47,424 nt of DNA from Deltaproteobacteria bacterium (GTDB lineage Bacteria > Desulfobacterota > Syntrophorhabdia > Syntrophorhabdales > Syntrophorhabdaceae). The notes under the pieces were generated by a model. It ran no database searches. It was not told where the DNA came from and saw only the letters and a program-made list of their open reading frames with translations. Below are positions 17,364 through 26,722 of this stretch, piece by piece. Each line of letters begins with the position of its first letter. The stretch's first letter is position 1. Where the stretch lies: positions 1 to 47,424 of the forward strand of contig DNYO01000002.1 in NCBI GenBank assembly GCA_003506795.1, in the 5' to 3' direction. Position numbers and translations under genes: made by a program.

Positions 17364-18516
17364 ATTCATTCCTCTTTCCGTTCCCAGGATCAATGGGAAC
17401 GAGTGGACCTATATCAAGGAATGCCTGGACTCTGAGTGGGTTTCCTCTGTCGGGTCGTATGTCGAGCGATTTGAAGCCGACATCCGCCGCTTCACCGGAG
17501 CCTCCTACGCCGTGGCCTGCGTCAACGGTACTGCGGCGCTCCACGTGGCCCTGCGCTTGGCCGGCGTCTCAGCTGGAGACGAGGTCCTGGTTCCAACACT
17601 GACCTTCATCGCCCCAGTGAATACCATCGCCTACCTTGGCGCCCATCCCGTGTTCATGGACGCGGACGCCTATTACAATATCGACCCGGAAAAAACCCTA
17701 CAATTCCTCAGGGACGAAACAGTCCAGCGGGGCCATGCGGCCTACAATAAAGCCACTGGCCGGCGGGTGGCGGCCCTCCTCCCGGTCCACGTTTTCGGGA
17801 ACGCCTGCCGGCTCGAGGAGTTGGCTGAGGTTTGCCGCGAGCGCGGCATCGCTATCGTTGAGGATGCGACCGAAGGATTGGGCACGTTCTATCGGGCCGG
17901 CACCTCGGCCAACAAACATGTCGGGACAATCGGCATGCTGGGCTGCCTTTCCTTCAACGGCAATAAAATCATCACGACAGGCGGCGGCGGCATGATCCTC
18001 ACGGAGGATCCCGGGCTGGCAGCCAGGGCGAAATATTTGTCCACCCAAGCTAAGGATGACGCGGTTCAATTCATTCACGGCGATATCGGCTACAACTACC
18101 GTCTTACTAATATTCAAGCGGCCCTCGGTGTGGCCCAACTGGAACAACTGCCGGGATTCTTGGAAGTCAAAAAAGAGAACTTCGAGCTTTACAATCGCGC
18201 GATCGAGGATATAACGGGCCTCTGTCTCGCTTCCCCGCCCTCCTACGCGGACAACAACCATTGGATGTATACCCTTCAGGTTGAGGCGAGCCGATATGGC
18301 CGGGATCGCTTCCAGCTCCTGGCCGACCTAGAGGCTGCGCAGGTTCAAACGAGGCCCGTCTGGATGCCGAATCATTTGCAAAAGCCGTACCGCGACTGCC
18401 AAAGCTACAAGGTTAAGAACGCAGTCAAACTTTGGGACGTCACCCTGAACCTCCCTTGCAGCACCGGACTGACGCCCGACCAGGTGGAGGCGGTTGTGGG
18501 ATTGTTACGACAATGA
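17356..18516 (+). CDS. legC: DegT/DnrJ/EryC1-family PLP aminotransferase, LegC-like
   Basis: N-terminus MSEFIPLSVPRINGNEWTYIKECLDSEWVSSVGSYVERFE is typical of LegC/PseC-type aminotransferases. ATG 17356 overlaps the previous stop (ATGTCTGA). Confidence 0.75.
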   Translation: MSEFIPLSVPRINGNEWTYIKECLDSEWVSSVGSYVERFEADIRRFTGASYAVACVNGTAALHVALRLAGVSAGDEVLVPTLTFIAPVNTIAYLGAHPVFMDADAYYNIDPEKTLQFLRDETVQRGHAAYNKATGRRVAALLPVHVFGNACRLEELAEVCRERGIAIVEDATEGLGTFYRAGTSANKHVGTIGMLGCLSFNGNKIITTGGGGMILTEDPGLAARAKYLSTQAKDDAVQFIHGDIGYNYRLTNIQAALGVAQLEQLPGFLEVKKENFELYNRAIEDITGLCLASPPSYADNNHWMYTLQVEASRYGRDRFQLLADLEAAQVQTRPVWMPNHLQKPYRDCQSYKVKNAVKLWDVTLNLPCSTGLTPDQVEAVVGLLRQ

Positions 18517-19145
18517 AAAAGCTCGTTCTGGTCGGCGGCGGGGGACACGCCAAGGTCCTGGCGGGAGAGTTGATGAGGCTCGGCGAATACGGGCTTCTCG
18601 GGTACACGGCACTCCACGACGCGGGCCCTCTCCTAGGCCTGCCTTTTCTTGGCGGGGACGAAATCCTGGCTGGGATTATCCGCAGCCATCCCGGCTGCGC
18701 GGCGGCTCTGGGAATTGGAACCGTGAACACTTCGGAGTTCCGGAAAGCGGTCTTTTTGAGTCTGCGGGACCAGGGATTTGAGTTTCCCGCCATTATTTCT
18801 CCGCATGCCGTCGTGGGAGAGGAAACGGCCTTAGGCGATGCGACGGTGGTCTTTGCTGGCGCCGTTGTCAATCCGGGCGTCCGTTTCGGCCGGGGTGTGA
18901 TCGTCAATACAAACGCCTCTGTCGATCATGACGGCCAGATCGGTGATTTCGTCCATATCGCCCCCGGGGCGACTCTGAGCGGAGGCGTCAGCGTCGGGGA
19001 CTTCAGTTTCATCGGCACCGGGGCCAGTCTCATCCAAGGCGTTCGAATCGGGTCGAAATGCCTGATTGGGGCCGGCGCCGTGGTAACGAAAGATTGCCTC
19101 GAGGCCGGTACCTATGTTGGTGTCCCGGCGCGGCGGAAAGGCTGA
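18513..19145 (+). CDS. legH: NeuD/PglD-family hexapeptide N-acetyltransferase, LegH-like
   Basis: MKKLVLVGGGGHAKV N-terminus followed by a left-handed beta-helix hexapeptide region. ATGA overlap with the legC-like stop. Confidence 0.75.
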   Translation: MKKLVLVGGGGHAKVLAGELMRLGEYGLLGYTALHDAGPLLGLPFLGGDEILAGIIRSHPGCAAALGIGTVNTSEFRKAVFLSLRDQGFEFPAIISPHAVVGEETALGDATVVFAGAVVNPGVRFGRGVIVNTNASVDHDGQIGDFVHIAPGATLSGGVSVGDFSFIGTGASLIQGVRIGSKCLIGAGAVVTKDCLEAGTYVGVPARRKG

Positions 19146-19155
19146 AGGACGGATC

Positions 19156-20151
19156 ATGGGCATCTTCATCATTGCTGAAGCGGGGGTCAATCACAACGGC
19201 TCCCTGGCTATAGCCAAGAAAATGGTCGATGCCGCCAAGGCCTGTGGCGCCGATGCCGTCAAGTTCCAGGCCTTTCGGGCCGATCGGCTCGTTTCCCGGA
19301 CGGCCCCGAAAGCGGCCTATCAAAAAAAGGCCTGCGGAGCCGATGAAACCCAGCTGGAGATGCTGCGCCGGCTCGAGCTGACGCCGGCCGGGCATCAATC
19401 CCTGTTTCGGCATTGCCTCGCCCGCCGCATCCTCTACCTGGCTTCGCCGTTCGACCAGGCCAGCGCCGACGATCTCGCGGCCTTGGGCATGAAGGCCTTC
19501 AAGGTCCCTTCCGGGGAGATCACCAACCATCCGTTCCTGGCTCATGTCGCCCTCCTGGGCCGGCCGATCTACCTTTCGACGGGGATGTCGACCCTGGGCG
19601 AGATCGAAGCCGCCCTGGGCGTGATCCGGGAAAACGGGAAGCCGCCCGTGACGCTGCTCCATTGCGTCACCGAATACCCCGCGCCCTATCAAGAGATCAA
19701 CCTGAAGGCCATGGAGACGATGCGGCGGGCCTTCGGCCTGCCGGTGGGATATTCCGACCATACCGACGGGATCGAAATCTCCATCGCGGCGGCCGCCCTG
19801 GGCGCCGTCGTGATCGAGAAGCATTTCACCCTGGACAGGGGCATGGCGGGCCCTGATCACCGTTCTTCCCTGGAACCGGCGGCACTGGCCGCCATGATCA
19901 AGGCGATCCGGCATGTCGAGTCCGCGCTCGGCGACGGGATCAAAGGCCCGGCACCTTGCGAGATCAGGAACATATCCGCCGTTCGGAAAAGCATCGTGGC
20001 CGCGCGCGATATCCGGGCCGGCGAGGTTCTGCGGCCGGAGCTTCTGGCCGTCAAGCGGCCCGCCGGCGGGATCGGCCCGGAGCGTTGGCGGGATATCATC
20101 GGCCGCAAGGCCGTCCGGAGCTTCCAACGCGACGAGATGATCGAGATATGA
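19156..20151 (+). CDS. legI: NeuB-family nonulosonic acid synthase, LegI-like
   Basis: FIIAEAGVNHNGS motif, TIM-barrel NeuB pattern and a C-terminal SAF-like segment (…VAARDIRAGEVL…). Confidence 0.8.
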   Translation: MGIFIIAEAGVNHNGSLAIAKKMVDAAKACGADAVKFQAFRADRLVSRTAPKAAYQKKACGADETQLEMLRRLELTPAGHQSLFRHCLARRILYLASPFDQASADDLAALGMKAFKVPSGEITNHPFLAHVALLGRPIYLSTGMSTLGEIEAALGVIRENGKPPVTLLHCVTEYPAPYQEINLKAMETMRRAFGLPVGYSDHTDGIEISIAAAALGAVVIEKHFTLDRGMAGPDHRSSLEPAALAAMIKAIRHVESALGDGIKGPAPCEIRNISAVRKSIVAARDIRAGEVLRPELLAVKRPAGGIGPERWRDIIGRKAVRSFQRDEMIEI

Positions 20152-21311
20152 GCCGGACCATCTGCGTCGTGACGGGCACGCGGGCCGATTACGGGCTCCT
20201 CTATCCTCTCCTGGCGGAAATCCGGAGCGACCCGGGGCTGCGCCTGCAAATCATCGCCACGGGGATGCATCTGTCCGCCGATTTCGGCCTGACCTATCGC
20301 GAGATCGAGAGCGACGGGTTTGCCATCGACGAAAAGGTGGATCTCCGGCTGTCATCCGATACCCCTACGGGGATCGCAGCCTCCATCGGTTTCGGCGTGC
20401 AAGGCGTGGCGGCCGGCCTCGACCGGCTGCGGCCCGACCTCCTGGTCGGATTGGGCGATCGCTTCGAGCTTTTGGCCGCCGTAACGGCGGCGGCCGTTTC
20501 GCGGATCCCGGTGGCCCACATCCACGGCGGGGAGTCTTCGGAAGGAGCCTATGACGAGCTGTTCCGCCACGCCGTCACGAAGATGTCCCATCTTCATTTC
20601 GCTGCCGCCGAGATGTACCGGCGCCGCATCATCCGAATGGGCGAGGCTCCCGAGCGGGTCTTCAACGTCGGGGCACTGGGAATCGACAACATACTCCAGA
20701 CCCGGCCGATCGCTCCCGCGGACCTGGCCGCCGATCTGGGCGTGTCCTTGGCCGGACCGACCTTCCTGGTGACGTACCACCCGGCGACTCTCGAGAGCGA
20801 GCCTCCGGAGAATTCTTTCCGGGAGCTGCTGGCCGCGCTGGAAGGGCGCCCGGACGCGATGGTGATCTTCACCAAGCCGAACGCGGACCTCGACGGCAGG
20901 GTTATCGGGCGCATGGTCGACGAGTTCGTCGCGGCCCATCCCCGGCGGTCCGCGGCGTTCACTTCCCTCGGCCGGATCCGCTACCTGTCCCTGCTGCGCC
21001 TCGTCGACGCCGTCATCGGCAATTCCTCGAGCGGGATCATCGAAGCCCCGGCCGTCCATACCCCCGCCATTAACATCGGGGACCGCCAGCAGGGCCGGGC
21101 TCGGGCTGCTTCGGTGATCGATTGCCGCGCCCGGAGGGACGACATCACGGCCGCGATCGCCCGTCTGGACGATCCGGACTTCCGCCGGGCGGTGGCGCAG
21201 GCGGCCAACCCGTATGGCCAGGGAGGGGCGGCTGCGAAGATCAAATCGATCCTCAAGAGCCACGACCTGAAGGACATTTTGATGAAAAAATTCTATAACG
21301 CCGAGGCTTGA
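20148..21311 (+). CDS. legG: hydrolysing NDP-sugar 2-epimerase, NeuC/LegG-like
   Basis: MSRTICVVTGTRADYGLLYPL N-terminus and HIHGGE motif. ATGA overlap with the legI-like stop. The track ORF's upstream extension lies inside the previous gene. Confidence 0.8.
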   Translation: MSRTICVVTGTRADYGLLYPLLAEIRSDPGLRLQIIATGMHLSADFGLTYREIESDGFAIDEKVDLRLSSDTPTGIAASIGFGVQGVAAGLDRLRPDLLVGLGDRFELLAAVTAAAVSRIPVAHIHGGESSEGAYDELFRHAVTKMSHLHFAAAEMYRRRIIRMGEAPERVFNVGALGIDNILQTRPIAPADLAADLGVSLAGPTFLVTYHPATLESEPPENSFRELLAALEGRPDAMVIFTKPNADLDGRVIGRMVDEFVAAHPRRSAAFTSLGRIRYLSLLRLVDAVIGNSSSGIIEAPAVHTPAINIGDRQQGRARAASVIDCRARRDDITAAIARLDDPDFRRAVAQAANPYGQGGAAAKIKSILKSHDLKDILMKKFYNAEA

Positions 21312-21316
21312 CGCCC

Positions 21317-22384
21317 ATGACATCCGTTGCCCTTGCCGACTACCTGATCTCCAGCGGCTCGTCCGTCAAGGAGGCCATGAAACAGCTCGACCGGACGGCC
21401 CGGAAGACCCTCTTCGTCGTGGGAGCAAACGGCCGGCTGGCGGGCTCCTTGTCCGACGGGGATATCCGCCGCTGGATCCTGTCGGGCGGCGACTTGAACG
21501 ACGAGGTGGCGAAAGCCTGCTTCCGCTCTCCGCTGACGGCCCGGAAAGGTGAGGATCGGAAAAACCTCAAGGAGGAAATCCTGCGCCGGCGGATCAGCTG
21601 CGTCCCGGTTTTAGACGACGACGATGAAGTCGTTGACGTTCTCGATTGGGATGTCCTCGTCGGCGGCCAGATCGAGCGCAAGGCCAAGGGCAAGATCGAC
21701 ATTCCCGTCGTCATCATGGCCGGCGGTCTGGGCTCCCGGCTCGACCCTTTCACCAAGATCCTGCCGAAGGCGTTGATCCCCATCGGCGAGAAGACGATCA
21801 TCGAAACGATCATCGACCGCTTCCGGGAATACGGCGTTGATCGGTTCTTCGTCTCCATCAACTACAAAGCCAAGGTCATCAAGGCCTATTTCGAAGATCT
21901 GAATCCGGCGTATGGAATCACCTATCTCTATGAGGACGAGCCATTGGGGACGGCTGGCGGATTAGCCAGCCTGAGTGGGCTCATCGCGGGTCCCTTTCTG
22001 ATCACCAACTGCGACATCCTCCTGGACGCCGATTATGCCGATTTGGTCGAATTCCACCGCAAGAATAACCACGACATCACCCTCGTCGCTTCGGTCAAGC
22101 ACTTTCACATCCCCTACGGGATCTGCGAGATCAAGAACGGAGGCGAGTTGATCGGAATCTCCGAGAAACCGGAATATTCCTTCCTCGTCAACGCCGGGAT
22201 GTACGTCATCGATTCCGCCCTTCTGGGGCTTATCCCACGGGGCGAGGTCTTCCACATGACCCAATTCATCGAGAAAGCCCAGGCGGAGGGCAAGAGAATC
22301 GGCATTTATCCCGTCGGCGAGAAGGCTTGGATCGACGTGGGAGAATGGGCGGAATACAAGAACGCCCTGGCCCGGCTGCTGTAA
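21317..22384 (+). CDS. ptmE: CBS-domain + sugar-phosphate nucleotidyltransferase, PtmE-like
   Basis: N-terminal CBS pair (…SLSDGDIRRW…CVPVLDDD…) followed by the NTP-transferase motif VIMAGGLGSRL. TTG 21308 (TTGA overlap) is an alternative start. Confidence 0.7.
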   Translation: MTSVALADYLISSGSSVKEAMKQLDRTARKTLFVVGANGRLAGSLSDGDIRRWILSGGDLNDEVAKACFRSPLTARKGEDRKNLKEEILRRRISCVPVLDDDDEVVDVLDWDVLVGGQIERKAKGKIDIPVVIMAGGLGSRLDPFTKILPKALIPIGEKTIIETIIDRFREYGVDRFFVSINYKAKVIKAYFEDLNPAYGITYLYEDEPLGTAGGLASLSGLIAGPFLITNCDILLDADYADLVEFHRKNNHDITLVASVKHFHIPYGICEIKNGGELIGISEKPEYSFLVNAGMYVIDSALLGLIPRGEVFHMTQFIEKAQAEGKRIGIYPVGEKAWIDVGEWAEYKNALARLL

Positions 22385-22398
22385 GCACGGGGACCGAT

Positions 22399-23343
22399 AT
22401 GAAAGCGCTTGTCATCGGGCTTGGATCGATCGGGCGGCGCCAGGCCTCTTTGTTGGCCGGGCGGAAGGGAATCGAGCTCCGGGCTTTCCGCTCGGATCCC
22501 CGGTCCGGTCCCAACGATCTCGGCCTTCCGGAGATGAGGGACTGGAGCGAAGCGTCCCGCTGGGCGCCGTTCGCCGCGTTCATCTGCAACCCGACCTACC
22601 TCCATCTCGAGACCGCGCGGCGGTGCGCCGAGCTCGGCTGCCCGCTGTTCATCGAAAAGCCTCTGGGTGCGGCCCGCGAAGGGCTGGACGAGCTTCTCGA
22701 AGTCGTCGGGCGCCGGGGCATCGCGACGTATGTCGCCTACAACCTCCGCTTTCATCCCGTCATCGAGCGCCTCCGGCAGTGGGCCGGAGAGCACCCGGTC
22801 CTCCATGCCCGGATCGTCTGCACGTCCCATCTCGGCCTGTGGCGCCCGGCGGCCGCTCCCCTGAAGACGTACAGCGCCTATCGAAGCCAAGGTGGCGGAG
22901 CCATGCTGGATTTATCGCACGAGCTGGACTATGCCGACTGGATCCTCGACGGCATCACCAAGATCGACGGCCGGTTGGGCCGCCGCGGCCGGGTGACCGA
23001 GGACGCCGAGGATTGCGTCGACCTTTTGCTTGAGGGCCGGCGGGGGTGGGCCGACGTTCACCTGAATGTCCTCAGCCATCAGCGCCAGAGGACGATTCAA
23101 ATCGACGCCGAGGACATGACCGTCGCCGGAGATCTTGTCGACGCCTCCCTGTCCTCTTTCCATCATCACGAGCTCGTCGAAAAGACGGATTATGGGTTGG
23201 CCATCCAAGACACCTATGATCGTCAAATCGATTACTTCCTTGCCCATATCGACGATCCGCGGATGATGAACAACGTCTTCGCCGCCGCGGAATTGTTGCG
23301 AAAGATGATCGGCTTCAAGGATGCCCATGAACCCTCGGAATGA
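22399..23343 (+). CDS. ptmF: Gfo/Idh/MocA-family oxidoreductase, at the PtmF position of leg/ptm clusters
   Basis: MKALVIGLGSIGRR Rossmann N-terminus and EKP motif (FIEKPLG). It sits between the ptmE-like and cytidylyltransferase genes, as I recall for C. jejuni Cj1329-Cj1331. Confidence 0.55.
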   Translation: MKALVIGLGSIGRRQASLLAGRKGIELRAFRSDPRSGPNDLGLPEMRDWSEASRWAPFAAFICNPTYLHLETARRCAELGCPLFIEKPLGAAREGLDELLEVVGRRGIATYVAYNLRFHPVIERLRQWAGEHPVLHARIVCTSHLGLWRPAAAPLKTYSAYRSQGGGAMLDLSHELDYADWILDGITKIDGRLGRRGRVTEDAEDCVDLLLEGRRGWADVHLNVLSHQRQRTIQIDAEDMTVAGDLVDASLSSFHHHELVEKTDYGLAIQDTYDRQIDYFLAHIDDPRMMNNVFAAAELLRKMIGFKDAHEPSE

Positions 23344-24049
23344 CTTTCTGATCACGATCTGCGCCCGGGGCGGCTCCAAGGGCGTGAAGAACAAGAATAT
23401 CCGCCCTTTGCTGGGCAAGCCTCTGATCGCCTACACCATCGAACAGGCCCTTTCCTGGGGCCGCGCCGAACGGGTTGTCGTCAGCACGGATTCTCCCGAG
23501 ATCGCCGAGGTCGCCAAGCGGTACGGCGCCGAGGTTCCCTTTCTCCGTCCCGCCGAATTGGCTACGGATCACGCGGGCAAGCTCGCCGCCCTCAAGCACG
23601 CTTTTCTTGCAAGCGAAAAGCTCTTCGACAAGAGCTATGGCTTTCTGGTTGATTTGGATGCCACGGCACCCGTCCGGACGCGGGACGACTTGGACCGCTG
23701 TCTCGAGGATTTCCTGGCCTATGATCCACCGACGCTCTTCAGCGTCGTTCCGGCCCGCAAGAGCCCGTATTTCAACATGGTCGAGGTCTCTTCGGAAGGC
23801 CGGGTCGGAATCTGCAAGCGTCTGGAATCCGGAGTCCTTCGCCGTCAGGATGCGCCGGCGGTCTACGAGATGAACGCTTCGATCTACTTCTACCGGCGGG
23901 ACTACCTTTTGGCGCCGGGAACCGTCTCCCCGATCTGCGAAACGAGCCGGCTTCATATCATGGATGCGCGGACTTCCCTGGACATCGATACGGAGTGGGA
24001 CTTTCGCTATATCGAATTCCTGTTGAAAGAGGGCTTGGTATGTCTGTGA
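23327..24049 (+). CDS. legF: CMP-nonulosonic acid synthetase (acylneuraminate cytidylyltransferase family), LegF/NeuA-like
   Basis: ICARGGSKGVKNKN motif typical of the CMP-NeuAc synthetase family. AAGGA lies 5 nt before ATG 23327. ATG 23321 is also possible. Confidence 0.8.
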   Translation: MNPRNDFLITICARGGSKGVKNKNIRPLLGKPLIAYTIEQALSWGRAERVVVSTDSPEIAEVAKRYGAEVPFLRPAELATDHAGKLAALKHAFLASEKLFDKSYGFLVDLDATAPVRTRDDLDRCLEDFLAYDPPTLFSVVPARKSPYFNMVEVSSEGRVGICKRLESGVLRRQDAPAVYEMNASIYFYRRDYLLAPGTVSPICETSRLHIMDARTSLDIDTEWDFRYIEFLLKEGLVCL

Positions 24050-24840
24050 CCAGCTATTTGGACCGGTTCCGATTGGACGACCAGATCGCGTATGTGGCCG
24101 GTGGATGCGGCCTTCTCGGCCGGGAAACGGCTGTCGCCTTGGCCGAAGCCGGGGCCAAAACAGTCATCCTTGACCTGGCCGACGAACAGGGCCGGGCTTT
24201 AAGCCAATCGCTTCGCTCTGCCGGGCACCAGGCCGATTTCGCCCATTTCGACATCACCAGGCTGCAGCGCTTGGAGAAGGACCTTGTCCGGTTGACCGAT
24301 CAACACGGCCTTCCCCAGGTCTGGGTGAACGCGGCTTACCCGCGAACCGCGGATTGGGCTCTTCCCCTGGAGCAGGGAACCGCCGCCTCGCTCAGAAAGA
24401 ACGTCGACTTGCATCTCAACGCCTATGCCTGGCTCAGCCGTTCGGTGGCGCTGCTGATGAAATCCGGCGGAATCCACGGCTCGATCATCAACTTCGGCTC
24501 CATCTACGGCGTCGTCGGGAACGATTTCACGGTATATGAGGGAACATCTCTGACATCGCCCATGGCCTATTCCTTGATCAAGGGGGGGATCGTCAACCAG
24601 GTCCGATACCTGGCGTCCTATTTCGGAAAATCGGGCATCCGGGTGAATTCGATCTGCCCGGGCGGGATCCAGGCCGGACAGAACTCGAGATTCATCAAGA
24701 ATTATTCGCGGAAGGTCCCGCTGGGGAGGATGGGAACGCCGGAAGACATCGCCGGAGCGGTTCTTTTTCTCGCCTCTCCGGCTTCGTGCTATATCACCGG
24801 GGCGACGTTGATGGTCGATGGGGGATGGACCGCGATCTGA
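24040..24840 (+). CDS. ptmA: short-chain dehydrogenase/reductase, PtmA-like
   Basis: Classical SDR pattern: glycine-rich VAGGCGLLGRE, NAAY, and S…YSLIKGG. It is the last gene of the coupled operon, and ATG 24040 overlaps the previous stop by 10 nt. Confidence 0.65.
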   Translation: MSVTSYLDRFRLDDQIAYVAGGCGLLGRETAVALAEAGAKTVILDLADEQGRALSQSLRSAGHQADFAHFDITRLQRLEKDLVRLTDQHGLPQVWVNAAYPRTADWALPLEQGTAASLRKNVDLHLNAYAWLSRSVALLMKSGGIHGSIINFGSIYGVVGNDFTVYEGTSLTSPMAYSLIKGGIVNQVRYLASYFGKSGIRVNSICPGGIQAGQNSRFIKNYSRKVPLGRMGTPEDIAGAVLFLASPASCYITGATLMVDGGWTAI

Positions 24841-24868
24841 ACCCGATTCCCGCCCAAACGAGGCGCGA

Positions 24869-25081
24869 ATGTTTATCAAAAAGATTCTTTTTGATTGGAA
24901 GACCGATCGCCTCGGTCCGGGTCTGCCGTTTACCCATTGGATGCTCTATTTTCGTCCTTGGCTTGCGGGAAAACCGATCATCCTGGTTTACGATGAGGGG
25001 ACTCCAATGAATGTTGATTTCCGAGTCCTGGGGATTCCGCTCGCCCGGAATGCTGGAGAACTGGAAGCGGCTGTAAATTGA
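24869..25081 (+). pseudogene. possible N-terminal fragment of an acyl/acetyltransferase (MFIKKILFDWKTDRLGPGLPFTHWMLYF…)
   Basis: The first ~30 aa resemble the DR(I/L)GPD.PFTHW N-terminus I recall from WcaF-like hexapeptide acyltransferases. The remaining 40 aa show no hexapeptide repeats and the ORF is only 70 aa from ATG 24869. Confidence 0.3.
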
Positions 25082-25197
25082 GGACTCGATCTTAGGGATG
25101 CCGGGATTATCTGCGATTGGCCTTCATCTGGAAATCGGCCGGCCGAAATGATGGCCCAGAAAGCCTAAAGGGACGAGGAAGTTCCTCCTTGGAAAAA

Positions 25198-25731
25198 ATG
25201 GCGAAATGGTTTCGGAAAGTAAGGCGGCTCTTGTTCAGCCTTTGGCTCAAGCCTCAATTGGCTCACTTGGGCCATGGCTCTCGTATCACTCCGCCGTTTC
25301 TGGCCTCGGAAGCCAAAGGCATTTGGATTGGGGCCGGCGTGACGATCCGAGAATATGCCTGGATAATTTCGAAATGTCCTTCAGAGCGGGAAGCCAGTAT
25401 ATTTATTGGAGATGGGACCTATATCGGCCGATTTGCGCATATCAGCGCCTTAAAAGAAGTCTGGATTGAAGAGAACGTCATGATTGGCGATCGGGTGTTT
25501 ATTGGTGATGAAACTCATGTCTATGCAGATAAGATCCTTCCCATAATTCATCAGGGAACGAAATTCCAGGGGCCGGTTGTTCTTAAGTCTGGATGCTGGC
25601 TGGGCGATGGGGCCGTGGTCCTCCCCGGCGTGACCATCGGCCGAAACGCCGTCGTCGCTGCAAATGCCGTCGTGACTAAGGATGTACCCGATTTCGGAAT
25701 GGCGGCCACCCCGCCCTTGAGGAGGTGTTGA
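25198..25731 (+). CDS. hexapeptide-repeat (left-handed beta-helix) acetyltransferase
   Basis: Repeated [LIV]G motifs (IWIGAGVTI, IFIGDGTYIG, VMIGDRVFIGD, GCWLGDGAVVLPGVTIGRNAVVAANAVV). It is a paralog of the disrupted gene at 31714-32315. The last ~10 aa (TPPLRRC*) look frame-shifted relative to that paralog; the alternative frame reads GGHPALEEVLIEMD against VGNPANVMKQLD. Confidence 0.8.
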   Translation: MAKWFRKVRRLLFSLWLKPQLAHLGHGSRITPPFLASEAKGIWIGAGVTIREYAWIISKCPSEREASIFIGDGTYIGRFAHISALKEVWIEENVMIGDRVFIGDETHVYADKILPIIHQGTKFQGPVVLKSGCWLGDGAVVLPGVTIGRNAVVAANAVVTKDVPDFGMAATPPLRRC

Positions 25732-25748
25732 TTGAAATGGATTCCCCG

Positions 25749-26685
25749 ATGAAGCTCCTGCTCATGACCGGGATTTCCCCCCTGTTTGAAGCCGGGGCTA
25801 AAATGTATGTCTACCAGCTCTTGGCCAATTTTCCCGGCGGTGACACACATGTCGTGACGAATCGTTGCGCGAGACAGAAGAATTACGATCGCCTCCAGAA
25901 TTTCCGGACTTGGCGCTCCTGGCTGGACGGGAGAAATCCCGGCAAGCTAAGCCAATTGGCGACTTTTCTGGCCTGGATGATTGGCCTTCTGCTCCGTCAT
26001 CCCTTTTGGAGGACGGATGTGATCGTGGCCGCGGATATCTATCTTTCCGCTCTGCGGCCTAATATTTCCGAAAAAAATTCGGGATGTTTTTTTGTACTAT
26101 CGTTTATACCGAGGTGCTGTTGATGTTCGGTCGGCGTACGGACGACAGCTTCTGGATGCGATGGTGGGCCTGGGCCGGCCGACAGATCGAGCGCAAGGCC
26201 TTCGACCGTGTCCTGCTCGCCTTTCCCGAAGTGTTGACCTGCTTCACGGAGGCCAAGCTCAACGTTGTTGGTCGGGGTACCGTTGCGGTCCTTGGCCGCC
26301 CGTTTGGATCTTGGGGAGCGTATCGTCTTCACCTGTTACACCCCAAACGAACATATTTGCTGCCCTTTTCGATCACTGTTAGCTGTTCGTCATGCCCCAC
26401 GGCGAGCTGGAAAATGGAGATACAGAGGGTTGTCCAACGGTTTTCCTGGAGGCAGCTGCCCATAAACCGAACGTCGGAAGTATAGCCGTGTGTGATCGCT
26501 ATTCTATCAGAGACGGAGAGACGGGATTCGTCGTGGATGGCAGTGATGTCGTCGCCGTCACGGTGGCTATCGTCCGTATCATGGAAAATCCCGAGAACGC
26601 CCGGCGAATGGGCGAAAACGGAAAGCGGAGGGTGCGGGAAGATCTCTCGCCTGTCCGCGGCGTCTCCCGCCTGCATGATTTTTAG
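25749..26685 (+). pseudogene. GT4 glycosyltransferase pseudogene, decayed paralog of 32312-33508
   Basis: Homology to the intact paralog can be followed through four reading-frame segments. Frame changes occur at the A7 run 26071-26077, near 26275 and near 26345. There is an in-frame TAG at 26380-26382 (…ALFDHC*LFVMPHGELENGDTEGCPTVFLEA versus …LYNLCEIFVMPHRELENGDTEGCPTVFLEA). About 70 aa appear to be deleted, joining RRTDDSFW… to …GRQIERKAFD (versus GRLIERKGHD). Confidence 0.8.
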
Positions 26686-26722
26686 CGCACGAATATCCGC
26701 ATCTGAAAGAAAGGGTTAGCAA

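Noticed and set aside
19030-21323. 365-aa and 323-aa minus-strand ORFs across the legI/legG-like genes
   Set aside because: These are shadow ORFs in high-GC coding sequence. The plus-strand frames have strong NeuB/NeuC motifs and coupled start/stop overlaps.
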